A DNA stretch of 64,000 nucleotides, taken from contig DCWN01000042.1 of the NCBI GenBank assembly GCA_002328835.1, forward strand, positions 1,086 to 65,085. The letters are read 5' to 3'. Of the stretch, positions 38,407 through 47,947 are shown in pieces. Position numbers and translations under genes: made by a program. This stretch comes from Acidobacteria bacterium UBA2161. Its GTDB lineage: Bacteria; Acidobacteriota; Vicinamibacteria; Vicinamibacterales; UBA823. Numbering within the stretch: the first letter of the stretch is position 1; every line of letters begins with the position of its first letter. The notes below the pieces were generated by a model. It ran no database searches. It was given only the letters and a program-made list of their open reading frames with translations, and was not told where the DNA came from.

Positions 38407-40091
38407 CAGATCTCCATCACGACGGGGACGACCATCGGGCGGCGTCCAGTCCGCTTCCTGAAGAAGCGCTGCAGTTCAGTGCGGATCCGCTCCCCGATGA
38501 GCGCCTGATCCGTCCGCTCCTCGACCGAGGCGTCGGCGACGGCCAAGCGCACCACCTCGGGCGCCTCGGCCAGCACGTCGTCGGTCAAGGCGTCGAGCAC
38601 GAGGCCACGCGTGATGATGTCTGGCGCTCCGGCGAGGGCGCCGTCCTGGCGGCTGATCGCCACCACGGGAACCGCGAGACCGTCGGTGGAGAGGTGGCGG
38701 CGGTCGCGCAGGACCTCGTCGCCGACCTCGCCGGTGCGAGTCCCGTCGATCAGGATCCGCCCGGCCCGCACATGGCCGGCCAAGCCGCCCGCGTTCCGGT
38801 CGAATCGCAGCAAATCGCCGTTTTGCACCGTCAGCACAGTGGTTTCGCCGTTCCCCAGCGCCGCCGCGACCCGTCCGTGATGGGCCAATTGGCGGTACTC
38901 CCCATGTATCGGCACGAAGTAGCGAGGTCTGACCAGGGCCAGCAGGAGTTTCAACTCCTCCTGGCTGGCGTGCCCTGAGACATGGACGTGTCGACTGTCC
39001 TCCGAGACGATGGCGGCACCCCGCCGGGCGATCTGGTTCATGACGCGCCCAATGGCCCGTTCGTTGCCGGGGATGGCGCGCGCCGAGAAGACCACCACGT
39101 CGTCGGGCAGCAGGCTGACATGGCGGTGGTCATCGAGGGCGATCCGCGACAGCGCGGCCATCGGCTCGCCCTGCGATCCGGTCACGATGCACAGGGCACG
39201 TTCCGGGGGCAGCGCCATGACGTGCGATTCGTGCACCGCGGTGTCGGGTGGGATCCGGAGATGGCCGAGGCGTTGGGCAATCTCGACGTTCTCGACGACC
39301 CCTCGGCCGACGAAGGCCACCTGTCGGCCGGCCTGCTGGGCCAAGTCGACCAGGAGTTGAATCCGGTGAAGACTGGACGCGAACAGGGCGACGACGACCT
39401 TGCCTTTCGCGTCGGCCAGGATCTCCTCGAAGGCTTCGCGAACGTCGATCTCCGATCCCGTAACGCCAGGACGGTCGGCGTTGGTGCTGTCACCGAACAT
39501 GACCAGGACGCCGCTCTGGCCCAGTTCGGCGAACCGATGGAGGTCGATCGTCTGCCCGTCGACGGGGCTGTGGTCGATCTTGAAATCGCCCGAATGGATG
39601 ATGACTCCGGCCGGCGTGTCGATGGCCAGCGCCAAACAGTCGGGCATGCTGTGCGTCACCCGCAGGCCCCGTACGGTCAGAGGACCGATCGGGATGGCGT
39701 CGCCGGGTTCGAGCGGCACGAGTCGGCCGGTCGGGTCGAAGCCGTGGGCGGTCAGCTTGCGCTCCACCAGGGCGAGCGTCAGTCGGGTGCCGTAGATGGG
39801 TCCGCCGAGCAACGGCCAGATGTAGGGCACCGCGCCGATGTGGTCTTCGTGACCGTGGGTCAGGAAGAGGGCTGCCAGCGGATCTGGGCGCTCCTCGAGA
39901 TACGACAGGTCGGGAATGATGAGATCGACCCCCGGCATGCCCGGCTCGGGAAACATCACCCCGGCGTCGATGAGGACCGTGGTCTCCGCACACGACAGCG
40001 CCAGCATATTCATGCCGAATTCGCCGACCCCGCCGAGCGGAGTGATGTCGACGACGCTCGCCCCGCCTAGGGAACCGACTGACTGTTGCAT
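38406..40091 (-). CDS. rnj: ribonuclease J (metallo-beta-lactamase/beta-CASP)
   Basis: Start reset to MQQSVGSLGG (40091). LTHGHEDHIG motif, beta-CASP region, HVSGHASQEEL. The stop shares one nucleotide with the ftsK start (TGATG). Confidence 0.9.
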
Positions 40092-40107
40092 CCTGCAGTA
40101 TCCACTC

Positions 40108-40148
40108 CGGCCGCCGTCGCCGGCCACGGCGATGTCCGACGGCGGCCG
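40108..40148 (-). promoter_or_regulatory. perfect 12-bp stem-loop in the RNase J 5' leader
   Basis: CGGCCGCCGTCG (40108-40119) and CGACGGCGGCCG (40137-40148) are exact reverse complements with a 17-nt loop, flanked by ATCCACT direct repeats. It lies 17-57 nt upstream of the rnj start codon. Confidence 0.45.
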
Positions 40149-40251
40149 TACATCCACTGATGCGCGAACGGCGACACGCCTCCCGGGAGATCGGTGTTCT
40201 GTGAGATTCAGCCTGCTGGGTGAGGCCTGAGGCGGGTTGTCCGGTGCCCAA

Positions 40252-41121
40252 CTATAGCACAGCACGCTCAGGGACGGCCTCGAGCACGCTGGCAAGTCGC
40301 GCCAATTCAGCAAGTTGGAGCGTCTCGGGTCGCCGCCTGCCGTCGAGATTCGCCCGATCGAGCCACTCCGCCGCGCCAACGCCGACGTCCTCGGAGAACG
40401 GTGCCAGCGCATTGGCCAGCATCTTTCTCCGGTGCTGAAAGAGCCGGCGCACGAGCGCTTCGAAGAGCGCGTAGTCGGGAATCTCCACCGGGCTCGGGCG
40501 GAAGGTCAATCCGACGACCGCCGAACGGACCCTCGGCATCGGCCGGAAGGCCCCAGGCGGCAGGCTGAGGAGCCGGGCGGTGTCAGCCTGGACCGCCGCC
40601 ATGATGGCGAGCGGACCGTAGCCGCGCGTCCCCGGCTGGGCGATGAGCCGATCGGCGACCTCGCGCTGCAACATCACGGTCGCGTCGTGAAATAGACCGC
40701 CATCTCGCTGTGCGGCGAGCATGCGGAAGAGTACCGGGGAGGAGATGTTGAAGGGCAGATTGCCCGCCAACCGAAGCCTTCCGTGAGGCTGGTCGTGCCG
40801 CGCGCGACGCCCGAGATCCCGCAGGTCCGTCTTCAGGACGTCGCCGACGACGATGGTGGTCCGTCCCAGGCCGCGCCCCGACAGTCCGGCCGCGAGGTCG
40901 CGGTCGATCTCGATCGCCACGACGTGAGCCGCGTGCGAGGCGAGCGCCGCGGTGAGCGCCCCTCGGCCTGGCCCTACCTCGACGAAGCAGTCCGACGGTA
41001 CCGGGGCGATGGCCGTGACGAGCTTCTTGGCCCAGGCAGGTTCGAGAAAATGCTGGCCAAACCGTCTGCGCGGACCAGGCGCGGCAGCGGGTCGACGTGC
41101 GGAGCGCTTCGCAATACTCAC
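40252..41121 (-). CDS. rsmA: 16S rRNA (adenine1518/1519-N6)-dimethyltransferase
   Basis: FGQHFL, VEVGPGRGALT, NLPFNISSP motifs (KsgA). Confidence 0.95.
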   Translation of the reverse strand: MSIAKRSARRPAAAPGPRRRFGQHFLEPAWAKKLVTAIAPVPSDCFVEVGPGRGALTAALASHAAHVVAIEIDRDLAAGLSGRGLGRTTIVVGDVLKTDLRDLGRRARHDQPHGRLRLAGNLPFNISSPVLFRMLAAQRDGGLFHDATVMLQREVADRLIAQPGTRGYGPLAIMAAVQADTARLLSLPPGAFRPMPRVRSAVVGLTFRPSPVEIPDYALFEALVRRLFQHRRKMLANALAPFSEDVGVGAAEWLDRANLDGRRRPETLQLAELARLASVLEAVPERAVL

Positions 41122-41127
41122 GAGCGA

Positions 41128-41832
41128 TCAACGTCTGGTGCGGCGTTTCGTAGGCGGCGTGCTCGGTGGGATGAACGCACACTCCTGCTGGACGCTGCAT
41201 CGGTCGCACAGCGGTTTCGGCTTGCACACTCGGCGCCCGTGCAGGATCAGCGTATCCGAGGCGCGTGTCCAGCCACGCCTGGGCAGGACGGCGCAGAGCT
41301 GCTCCTCCACGCGCTCCGGATCGTCACCGCGCGCGATCCCGAGTCGATTGGCGACACGGAGGACGTGGCGGTCGACCGGCATTGCGGGCTCGCCCATCGC
41401 ATGACCGAGGACGACGTTGGCCGTCTTCCGGCCGACCCCGGACAACGTGATCAGCGCGTCTCGACTTTGCGGCACCGTGCCGGCATGGTCCGCGACGACA
41501 CTTGCCGCCATCCCGCGCCGGGAACGCGCCTTGCTCCGGTAGAACCCTGTCGACTTGATGAGCACCTCGAGTGCGCCCTCATCGGCGGCCGCGAGGCTGG
41601 CGGCGTCTGGATACGCTGTGAACAGGGCCGGCGCGACCTCGTTGACGCGTTCGTCGGTGCATTGCGCCGAGAGAATCGTCGCGGCGAGGAGCTGAAAGGC
41701 GTTTTCGAAACGCAGCTCGGCATCAGCCTTGGGATGCTGGCGCCGCAGGTTGCCCATGATCCGGGGCGTCTTGGCTGCCGGTTGGGCGGGCCGAACGGTG
41801 GGGCGGCGGCGGACCATGACGGTGGCGCTCAC
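41128..41832 (-). CDS. nth: endonuclease III
   Basis: FQLLAATILSAQCTDERVN, HhH-GPD LSGVGRKTANVVLG, C-terminal 4-Cys cluster CKPKPLCDRCSVQQEC. Confidence 0.95.
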   Translation of the reverse strand: MSATVMVRRRPTVRPAQPAAKTPRIMGNLRRQHPKADAELRFENAFQLLAATILSAQCTDERVNEVAPALFTAYPDAASLAAADEGALEVLIKSTGFYRSKARSRRGMAASVVADHAGTVPQSRDALITLSGVGRKTANVVLGHAMGEPAMPVDRHVLRVANRLGIARGDDPERVEEQLCAVLPRRGWTRASDTLILHGRRVCKPKPLCDRCSVQQECAFIPPSTPPTKRRTRR

Positions 41833-41864
41833 GATGTCGCGATCGACCCATAGGGATCGGCGCG

Positions 41865-42188
41865 CTAGTGCACGGGTCCCTTGCCGGGTCCGGATGTCGT
41901 CGCGGGCGGGGCATCGCCGAGCGCGCGCACGTGCTCCTGGAGCGTGGTGATGAGATTAGGGACGAACTGCATCGGCAGGACGATCTTGGCGCGCACGGGC
42001 GCTCGGACTACACGGTCGCTCTTGGCGTCCTCGACGTCCTTCTGCGAGAGAGGCATGACCTCGCAGAACGTCAGCGTGACATCGAAGGGCGTGTGGGCGA
42101 TCGCGCAGAAATTCGCATAGGTGCGCGGCGCGTCGGAATCGTCGTCAGGCACGATCGTGAAATTGATCTGCTGCTTGTCTGCGCTCAT
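41865..42188 (-). CDS. DUF3467 family protein
   Basis: 107 aa. YANFCAIAHTPFDVTLTFCEV matches my recollection of the DUF3467 core (yaN...hs..EF.ldF). Function unknown. Confidence 0.6.
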   Translation of the reverse strand: MSADKQQINFTIVPDDDSDAPRTYANFCAIAHTPFDVTLTFCEVMPLSQKDVEDAKSDRVVRAPVRAKIVLPMQFVPNLITTLQEHVRALGDAPPATTSGPGKGPVH

Positions 42189-42228
42189 CGGGGTTCCTCG
42201 GCGGGTGCGGGTCAGGCGAGGCGGACGG

Positions 42229-42852
42229 TCAATACTTGCGCATCACGCCGACGACGACACCCTGGACTCGCAGGTCCGCGGCGTCGATCACAATCGGCTG
42301 CATCGTAGGATTCGCAGGCTGCAGCCGGACCCGGCCGTTCTCCCGAAAGAGCGTCTTGAGCGTCACATCCGTGCCGCCCAGCAGCGCGATCACCATCTCA
42401 CCGTTCTCGGCGGTCTTGCGGTCCTCGACGATGACGAAGTCACCGTCGCGAATGTGCTCGTCGATCATCGAGTCGCCGCGGACGCGGAGGACATACGTGT
42501 CCTGCTTGCCTGCGAGTGTCTCCGGCACAGCGATCGACTCTGCGGCGGCGACCGCCTCGATCGGCGCGCCCGCCGCCACGTAGCCCATCAGCGGGAGTTC
42601 GAGCGAGCGTGCCGTGACCTTCGTGGGGACGAGCTCGACCGATCGGCTGCGATTCCAGGAGCGGCGAATGAAGCCCTTCTCCTGCAGATTGGTCAGGTGC
42701 TTGTGAACGGTTGCGAGCGACGACAGGCCGAACCGTCGTCCTATCTCCCCGAGGCTCGGCGCGTAGCCGTGCTGCTGGATGAACTCATCGAGATAATCGA
42801 GGATCTCCCGCTGGCGCTTGGTCAGAGGTTGCACAAGTCCTCCCGTCATCAT
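42229..42852 (-). CDS. lexA: LexA repressor
   Basis: Start reset to MMTGGLVQPLTKRQREILDYL. wHTH SLGEIGRRFGLSSLATVHKHL, cleavage site VAAG, Ser/Lys dyad region RVRGDSM...ENGEMVIAL. Confidence 0.9.
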   Translation of the reverse strand: MMTGGLVQPLTKRQREILDYLDEFIQQHGYAPSLGEIGRRFGLSSLATVHKHLTNLQEKGFIRRSWNRSRSVELVPTKVTARSLELPLMGYVAAGAPIEAVAAAESIAVPETLAGKQDTYVLRVRGDSMIDEHIRDGDFVIVEDRKTAENGEMVIALLGGTDVTLKTLFRENGRVRLQPANPTMQPIVIDAADLRVQGVVVGVMRKY

Positions 42853-42997
42853 CGTTCTGGCGGCTGCACCGTGGTCGGTCGCGCGTCGGGCGACCGCCGG
42901 ATCCGAACCGGCGAGGCTACTGTACGCAAACAAAAGGCGAAAATCAACCCTCGTCGTTCAATCCGGGTCGATTCGGCATCTGCTAGCATCATCGGCC

Positions 42998-43954
42998 GTG
43001 AGACTTCGCGTCGGTCCGAAGCCAGCCGGCGACCTGCCGTTCGATGTCGTCGGCCTCGGTCTGAACAGCGTCGATCTGGTGGCGGCGATCGCGGGACCGT
43101 TACGCCCCGACGGGAAGCATCCGGCCGAAACGATGCGCCGCGTCGCCGGCGGACAGACGGCCACGGCGATGGCGACCTGCGCGAAGCTCGGGTGGCGAGC
43201 GCGATACGTCGGTCACTTCGGGGGAGACGATAACGGCCGCTTCTCGGAGTCGAGCCTGGCAGATGCTGGCGTTGATGTGTCGGCCTGCCGCCGCCTGCCG
43301 GCGACCACGAACCAGTTCGCGATCATCATGGTCGACCGGCAGAGCGGCCAACGGACCATCGTGTGGCAGCGGGACCCGGCGCTGCGGATGCGCACGGCGG
43401 ACGTCGAAGCCGAAGCCGTGACGGCAGGCCGGGTGCTCCTCGTCGATTGCGCGGAGACGGAGGCTGCGACCGAGGCGGCGCGGTTCGCGCGCGGAGCCGG
43501 CATTCCAACGATCATCGATGTGGAGCGAGTACGCCCGAAGATCGAAGCGCTCCTTGACGAAGTCGATGTGATCATCGCGGCGCAGGCGTTCCCATCGGCG
43601 TTCACCGGCGTCCCGGACCTCGGCCGGGCGATGCGCGAGCTGGCCTCCCGATTCGACGCCGCGCTGACGGCCGTGACGCTCGGGGCCGAGGGGAGCCTGG
43701 CGCTCGTCGGTGGCCAGGAGATCCGTTCACCGGGCCGGCCGGTCGACATCGTGGACACGACGGGCGCCGGCGACGCGTTTCGGGGCGGATTCATCGCGGG
43801 CTGGCTCGCCTCGGGGCCCCAGGCGGAGGTCGGCGATCTCCTGGCGTACGCGAACGCGGTCGGCGCGCTGAACTGTCGTGGGCTCGGTGCGCGTGGCGGG
43901 CTGCCGACGGCGCGCGAGGTCGACGCCCTGCTGGGCCGCGCACCGTCGCGTTAG
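42998..43954 (+). CDS. PfkB-family carbohydrate kinase
   Basis: GTG 42998 gives VRLRVGPKPAGDLPFDVVGLGLNSVD. C-terminal DTTGAGDAFRGGFIAGW signature. Confidence 0.8.
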   Translation: MRLRVGPKPAGDLPFDVVGLGLNSVDLVAAIAGPLRPDGKHPAETMRRVAGGQTATAMATCAKLGWRARYVGHFGGDDNGRFSESSLADAGVDVSACRRLPATTNQFAIIMVDRQSGQRTIVWQRDPALRMRTADVEAEAVTAGRVLLVDCAETEAATEAARFARGAGIPTIIDVERVRPKIEALLDEVDVIIAAQAFPSAFTGVPDLGRAMRELASRFDAALTAVTLGAEGSLALVGGQEIRSPGRPVDIVDTTGAGDAFRGGFIAGWLASGPQAEVGDLLAYANAVGALNCRGLGARGGLPTAREVDALLGRAPSR

Positions 43955-44006
43955 GCCGCGTGCTACACTCGATTTCCGAGGCGGTCAGCGCAGGAACGCG
44001 CCGTTC

Positions 44007-44612
44007 ATGTCCTTCCACTCACGTATGGCGAGCGGACTCGTCGTGATGGTGTTCGCGATCGCGTCCACCGGGTTCCCGCAGTCCAGCGGGACGCAGGAGG
44101 CGCCCGTGACGTCGATGGCTGCCAAGCTCGCCGACATCGTCGCGCACGGCTCGGCGCCGGCGGAGCGGCAAGCTGCGCGTGAGACCCGGGCGAGCGAAGC
44201 CGAGATGCGCGCGTTCCTGCTGGCCGGCGTGACGCTGCCCGACGGGGTCACCGATCCCGACCTTACGTTGGTCGGTGAAGGCACCGTGATTGCCGAGGCG
44301 GTCGTGGATCTCGACCGCGTTCGGTCCGGCCGGGCCGGCAGCTGGACCGACCCGCTCAGCTATCTGTCCGGTCGCCTGCCGGTACGGGCGAGCGGTGTCC
44401 TGCATGCCACCAGTGGAGTCGCGCGTATCGAGGTCGAGCGCGTCGAGGTGGGCGGCATCGGTGTGCCCCATCTGCTCCTGCGGGAGCTCGTCGCGGCCTA
44501 CACGCGCAGCGACGATCAGCCGGCAGGTCTGGACCTCGACGGTGAGTACCCACTGCCGTACCGGGTACAGGAGATTCGGATTCTCGCAGGTGAAGTCGTC
44601 GTCGTGCAGTAG
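44007..44612 (+). CDS. hypothetical exported protein
   Basis: Start reset to MSFHSRMASGLVVMVFAIASTGFP (signal peptide). No family recognised. Confidence 0.5.
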   Translation: MSFHSRMASGLVVMVFAIASTGFPQSSGTQEAPVTSMAAKLADIVAHGSAPAERQAARETRASEAEMRAFLLAGVTLPDGVTDPDLTLVGEGTVIAEAVVDLDRVRSGRAGSWTDPLSYLSGRLPVRASGVLHATSGVARIEVERVEVGGIGVPHLLLRELVAAYTRSDDQPAGLDLDGEYPLPYRVQEIRILAGEVVVVQ

Positions 44613-44663
44613 CCTCCCGGCAGACGGGCGCGGGCGAAGAACGCGACGGGCCATTCGAGGCCG

Positions 44664-46781
44664 ATGACTCCGGAGACCTACTTCGAGACACCCCTCCAGT
44701 ACCTCAAGGGCGTCGGCCCTCGTCGGGCTGAAGAGTTCACGCGCGCAGGCCTCACAACCATCGATGACCTGCTGCATCGGTTCCCGTTGCGGTACGAGGA
44801 CCGGAGCCGGCTGGACTCGGTCGCGTCACTCGAGCCTGGGGGCACCGCGTCGGTCATGGGCGAAGTGCTGCAGGGGGGCGTGCGTGCGACACGCCGCCGG
44901 GGCTTTGCCATCTTCGAATTGGCTCTGGCGGATGCCACCGGCGTGGTGAGGGCGGTGTTCATGAACCAGCCGTTCCTCCGCGACGTGCTGACCCCGGGCG
45001 CACGCGCCGTGCTGTTCGGCCCGGTGGAACCACGGCGGGGCGGAGGCCTTCAGTTCACGAACCCGCAGTTCGAACTCCTGGAGGCCGACGGGGGAGACCC
45101 CGCGGACGACGACGACGCCCGGATTCACACCGGGCGGATCGTGCCGGTGTACGAGCGCATAGGCGGCGTGTCGCCCAAGATGCTGCGTCGGATCGTCCAC
45201 GGCGCGCTGCAGCAACTCCCAGCCGCGGTCGCTGACCCGCTGCCGGCCGATCTCCGGACGGAGATGGACCTGCCCGGCATGCGCGACGCGATCTGCGACG
45301 TGCACTTCCCGCCGCCCGACAGCCCGGTCGAATCGCTGAACGCCTTTCGTGCCCCAGCGCAGGTGCGGATGATCTTCGAAGAGTTCTTCATCTTTCAGTT
45401 CGGCCTGCGGCTCCGGCGTCGGAGCCTGGACGCGGAACACAAGGCGCGGGTGCCGAAGGTCGACGACCGCATCCGCCAATCGGCCCTCCGCGTGTTGCCG
45501 TTCAAGCTCACTGAAGGACAGAAGCAGGCCCTGCAGGAGATCGTGGCCGACATGTGCCGTCCGCAACCGATGAACCGGCTGCTGCAGGGCGACGTTGGCG
45601 CGGGGAAGACGATCGTGGCGCTGCTGGCCGCGCTGGTCGCGATGGAGAACGGCCTGCAGGTCGCCCTCATGGCGCCGACCGAGATTCTCGCCGAACAGCA
45701 CCATCGGAACCTCTCACAGGTGCTGTCGGCGTCACGGTTCAAGATCGTCGCGCTCTCGGGAGGCATGGCGGCGGCGGCGCGGCGCGAGACGCTGAACGCG
45801 CTGAAGACCGGGGCCGCACAGTTCGTCGTCGGCACCCACGCACTGGTCCAGAACCCGGTCGAGTTCAAGGCGCTCGGCCTGGCCATCGTCGACGAGCAGC
45901 ATCGGTTCGGCGTCTGGCAGCGCGCGCTGCTGCGACACAAGGGCCTGTGCCCCGACGTGCTCGTGATGACCGCGACCCCGATTCCGCGGACACTGGCCTT
46001 GACCAGCTACGGCGACCTGGACGTGTCGACCATTCGCGAGCTGCCCCCAGGCCGGAGCCCGGTGCGCACGGTCGCGAAGCCGGAAGGCCGAAGGGCCGAG
46101 GTCCACCGGCTCATCGAGCGCGAACTGGGCGCGGGTCGACAGGCCTACATCGTGTACCCCTTGGTCGAGGAGTCAGAGAAGCTGAAGTTGAAGGCCGCCA
46201 CGGAGATGGCCGCTCACCTCGAGCAGGAGGTCTTCCCGGACCGTCGAGTCGCCTTGATTCACGGCCGCTTGAAGGAGGAGGCAAAGGACGAGGTCATGGC
46301 GGCCTTCGCGCGCGGGGAGTACGATCTGTTGGTGTCGACGACCGTCATCGAGGTGGGCGTCGACGTGCCGAACGCGACGGTGATGGTCGTCGAGCACGCC
46401 GAGCGGTTCGGCCTGGCTCAGCTTCACCAGCTTCGCGGGCGCGTCGGCCGCGGCTCCGAGCAGTCGCACTGCGTCCTCTTGTACGACCGGGCGGTGAGCC
46501 GGGCCGGCAGGGCACGCTTGAAGGCCGTGACGGAGAGCACCGATGGGTTCGTCCTGGCCGAGAAGGATCTCGAACTGCGGGGGCCTGGGGATTTCTTCGG
46601 CACTCGCCAGTCGGGCATCCCGACGCTCCGCGTGGGCGATCTGCTCCGCGACCAGTCGATCATGGAGCGGGCCCGAACTGAAGCCGAGCAGTGGCTGGAG
46701 TCCGGCCCCGCGGCTGCGGCCTTGGTCGACCTGGTGGAATCGACCTGGGCGCAGCGGTTCAAGCTCGTGGGGGTCGGGTGA
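44664..46781 (+). CDS. recG: ATP-dependent DNA helicase RecG
   Basis: Wedge domain N-terminus, LQGDVGAGKT Walker A, DEQHRFG, QLHQLRGRVGRG. Confidence 0.95.
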   Translation: MTPETYFETPLQYLKGVGPRRAEEFTRAGLTTIDDLLHRFPLRYEDRSRLDSVASLEPGGTASVMGEVLQGGVRATRRRGFAIFELALADATGVVRAVFMNQPFLRDVLTPGARAVLFGPVEPRRGGGLQFTNPQFELLEADGGDPADDDDARIHTGRIVPVYERIGGVSPKMLRRIVHGALQQLPAAVADPLPADLRTEMDLPGMRDAICDVHFPPPDSPVESLNAFRAPAQVRMIFEEFFIFQFGLRLRRRSLDAEHKARVPKVDDRIRQSALRVLPFKLTEGQKQALQEIVADMCRPQPMNRLLQGDVGAGKTIVALLAALVAMENGLQVALMAPTEILAEQHHRNLSQVLSASRFKIVALSGGMAAAARRETLNALKTGAAQFVVGTHALVQNPVEFKALGLAIVDEQHRFGVWQRALLRHKGLCPDVLVMTATPIPRTLALTSYGDLDVSTIRELPPGRSPVRTVAKPEGRRAEVHRLIERELGAGRQAYIVYPLVEESEKLKLKAATEMAAHLEQEVFPDRRVALIHGRLKEEAKDEVMAAFARGEYDLLVSTTVIEVGVDVPNATVMVVEHAERFGLAQLHQLRGRVGRGSEQSHCVLLYDRAVSRAGRARLKAVTESTDGFVLAEKDLELRGPGDFFGTRQSGIPTLRVGDLLRDQSIMERARTEAEQWLESGPAAAALVDLVESTWAQRFKLVGVG

Positions 46782-46818
46782 TTGCGATGCGCCCGCGCGG
46801 CGCCAGGAGCGACGCACG

Positions 46819-47406
46819 ATGCGCGTGATCGCCGGCGCGTTCAAGGGACGCCGGCTGACGACGCCGACCTGGGATGGACTGCGGCCCACGTCCGACCGGC
46901 TTCGCGAGACGCTGTTCGACATCCTGGGTGAGCGCGTGGTGGACGCCGAATTCATCGACGTCTTCGCGGGTACCGGCGCGGTCGGCATCGAGGCGCTCAG
47001 CCGTGGCGCCGCGCACGTGACGTTCGTGGAGGCGGACGGTCGAGCGGTTCGGCTGATCGCCGAGAACCTCCGCCGGTGCGGCCGGGAGGCCGGGTATACT
47101 ATGCTGCGTGGCCCGCTACGCCGTGCGTGGCGGCGGATGGGAGACCTCGCAGCCAACCTGATCTTTCTCGATCCGCCATACGAGTTTGAGGAACTCGACG
47201 ACGTGGTGACCGACGCAGCGGGACATCTGGCGGTCGACGGGCTGCTGGTCGTCGAGCATGCGACTCGCCGCGCGCTCGCCGACGACGCCGGCAGGCTGCG
47301 GCGAGTGCGCCGGGTGTCGGCGGGGGACAGCACGCTCAGCTTCTACGAGACGGCCACGGATGGGGCGTCGGGCGACGCACCTGAAGAGGGACGGGGGCAG
47401 CCATGA
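46819..47406 (+). CDS. rsmD: 16S rRNA (guanine966-N2)-methyltransferase
   Basis: Start reset to MRVIAGAFKGRRL. DVFAGTGAVGIEALSRGA, FLDPPY. Confidence 0.9.
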   Translation: MRVIAGAFKGRRLTTPTWDGLRPTSDRLRETLFDILGERVVDAEFIDVFAGTGAVGIEALSRGAAHVTFVEADGRAVRLIAENLRRCGREAGYTMLRGPLRRAWRRMGDLAANLIFLDPPYEFEELDDVVTDAAGHLAVDGLLVVEHATRRALADDAGRLRRVRRVSAGDSTLSFYETATDGASGDAPEEGRGQP

Positions 47407-47921
47407 CGAGTGCGAGCACCGGCCGGCGCATCGCCGTGTATCCCGGGTCGTTCGATCCGCTGACCAACGGCCACGTCGACATCATCGTGCGGGGATCCCG
47501 GCTCTTCGACCGGATCATCGTTGCGCTGCTCGTGAATGCCGACAAGGCGCCCCTGTTCACGCTGGCCGAGCGCGTGGAGATTGCTCGGGAGGTGTTCGCG
47601 TCCTACCCGAATGTCGAGGTCGACACGTTTGACGGACTGCTGATCGACTACGTCCGGCGGCGTGAGGCGAACGTCATCGTGCGGGGGCTCCGCGCCATCT
47701 CGGATTTCGAGTACGAACTGCAGATGGCGCTGATGAACCGCCGCCTGAACCCGGAGGCGGAGACGGTCTTCATGATGCCCGCCGAGCAATACACCTACCT
47801 GAGTTCTCGACTGGTGAAGGAGGTCTTCGCGCTCGGCGGCACGATCAGCGGGTTGGTGCCCGACACCGTGAAGGCGCACCTGCGACGGAAGCACGAGACG
47901 AAGGCCGGCGTTCGGATCTGA
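47403..47921 (+). CDS. coaD: phosphopantetheine adenylyltransferase
   Basis: AVYPGSFDPLTNGHVDII, ISDFEYE. ATGA overlap with rsmD. Confidence 0.95.
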   Translation: MTSASTGRRIAVYPGSFDPLTNGHVDIIVRGSRLFDRIIVALLVNADKAPLFTLAERVEIAREVFASYPNVEVDTFDGLLIDYVRRREANVIVRGLRAISDFEYELQMALMNRRLNPEAETVFMMPAEQYTYLSSRLVKEVFALGGTISGLVPDTVKAHLRRKHETKAGVRI

Positions 47922-47947
47922 CGCGGTACGAGGGAAGGGCACGCATC

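Noticed and set aside
42918-42970. Possible LexA operators upstream of lexA: TACTGTA half-site (42918-42924) and GTTC-N7-GTCG (42956-42970).
   Set aside because: Neither forms a complete CTGT-N8-ACAG, GAAC-N4-GTTC or GTTC-N7-GTTC element. They are reported only as context in the lexA finding, not as features.
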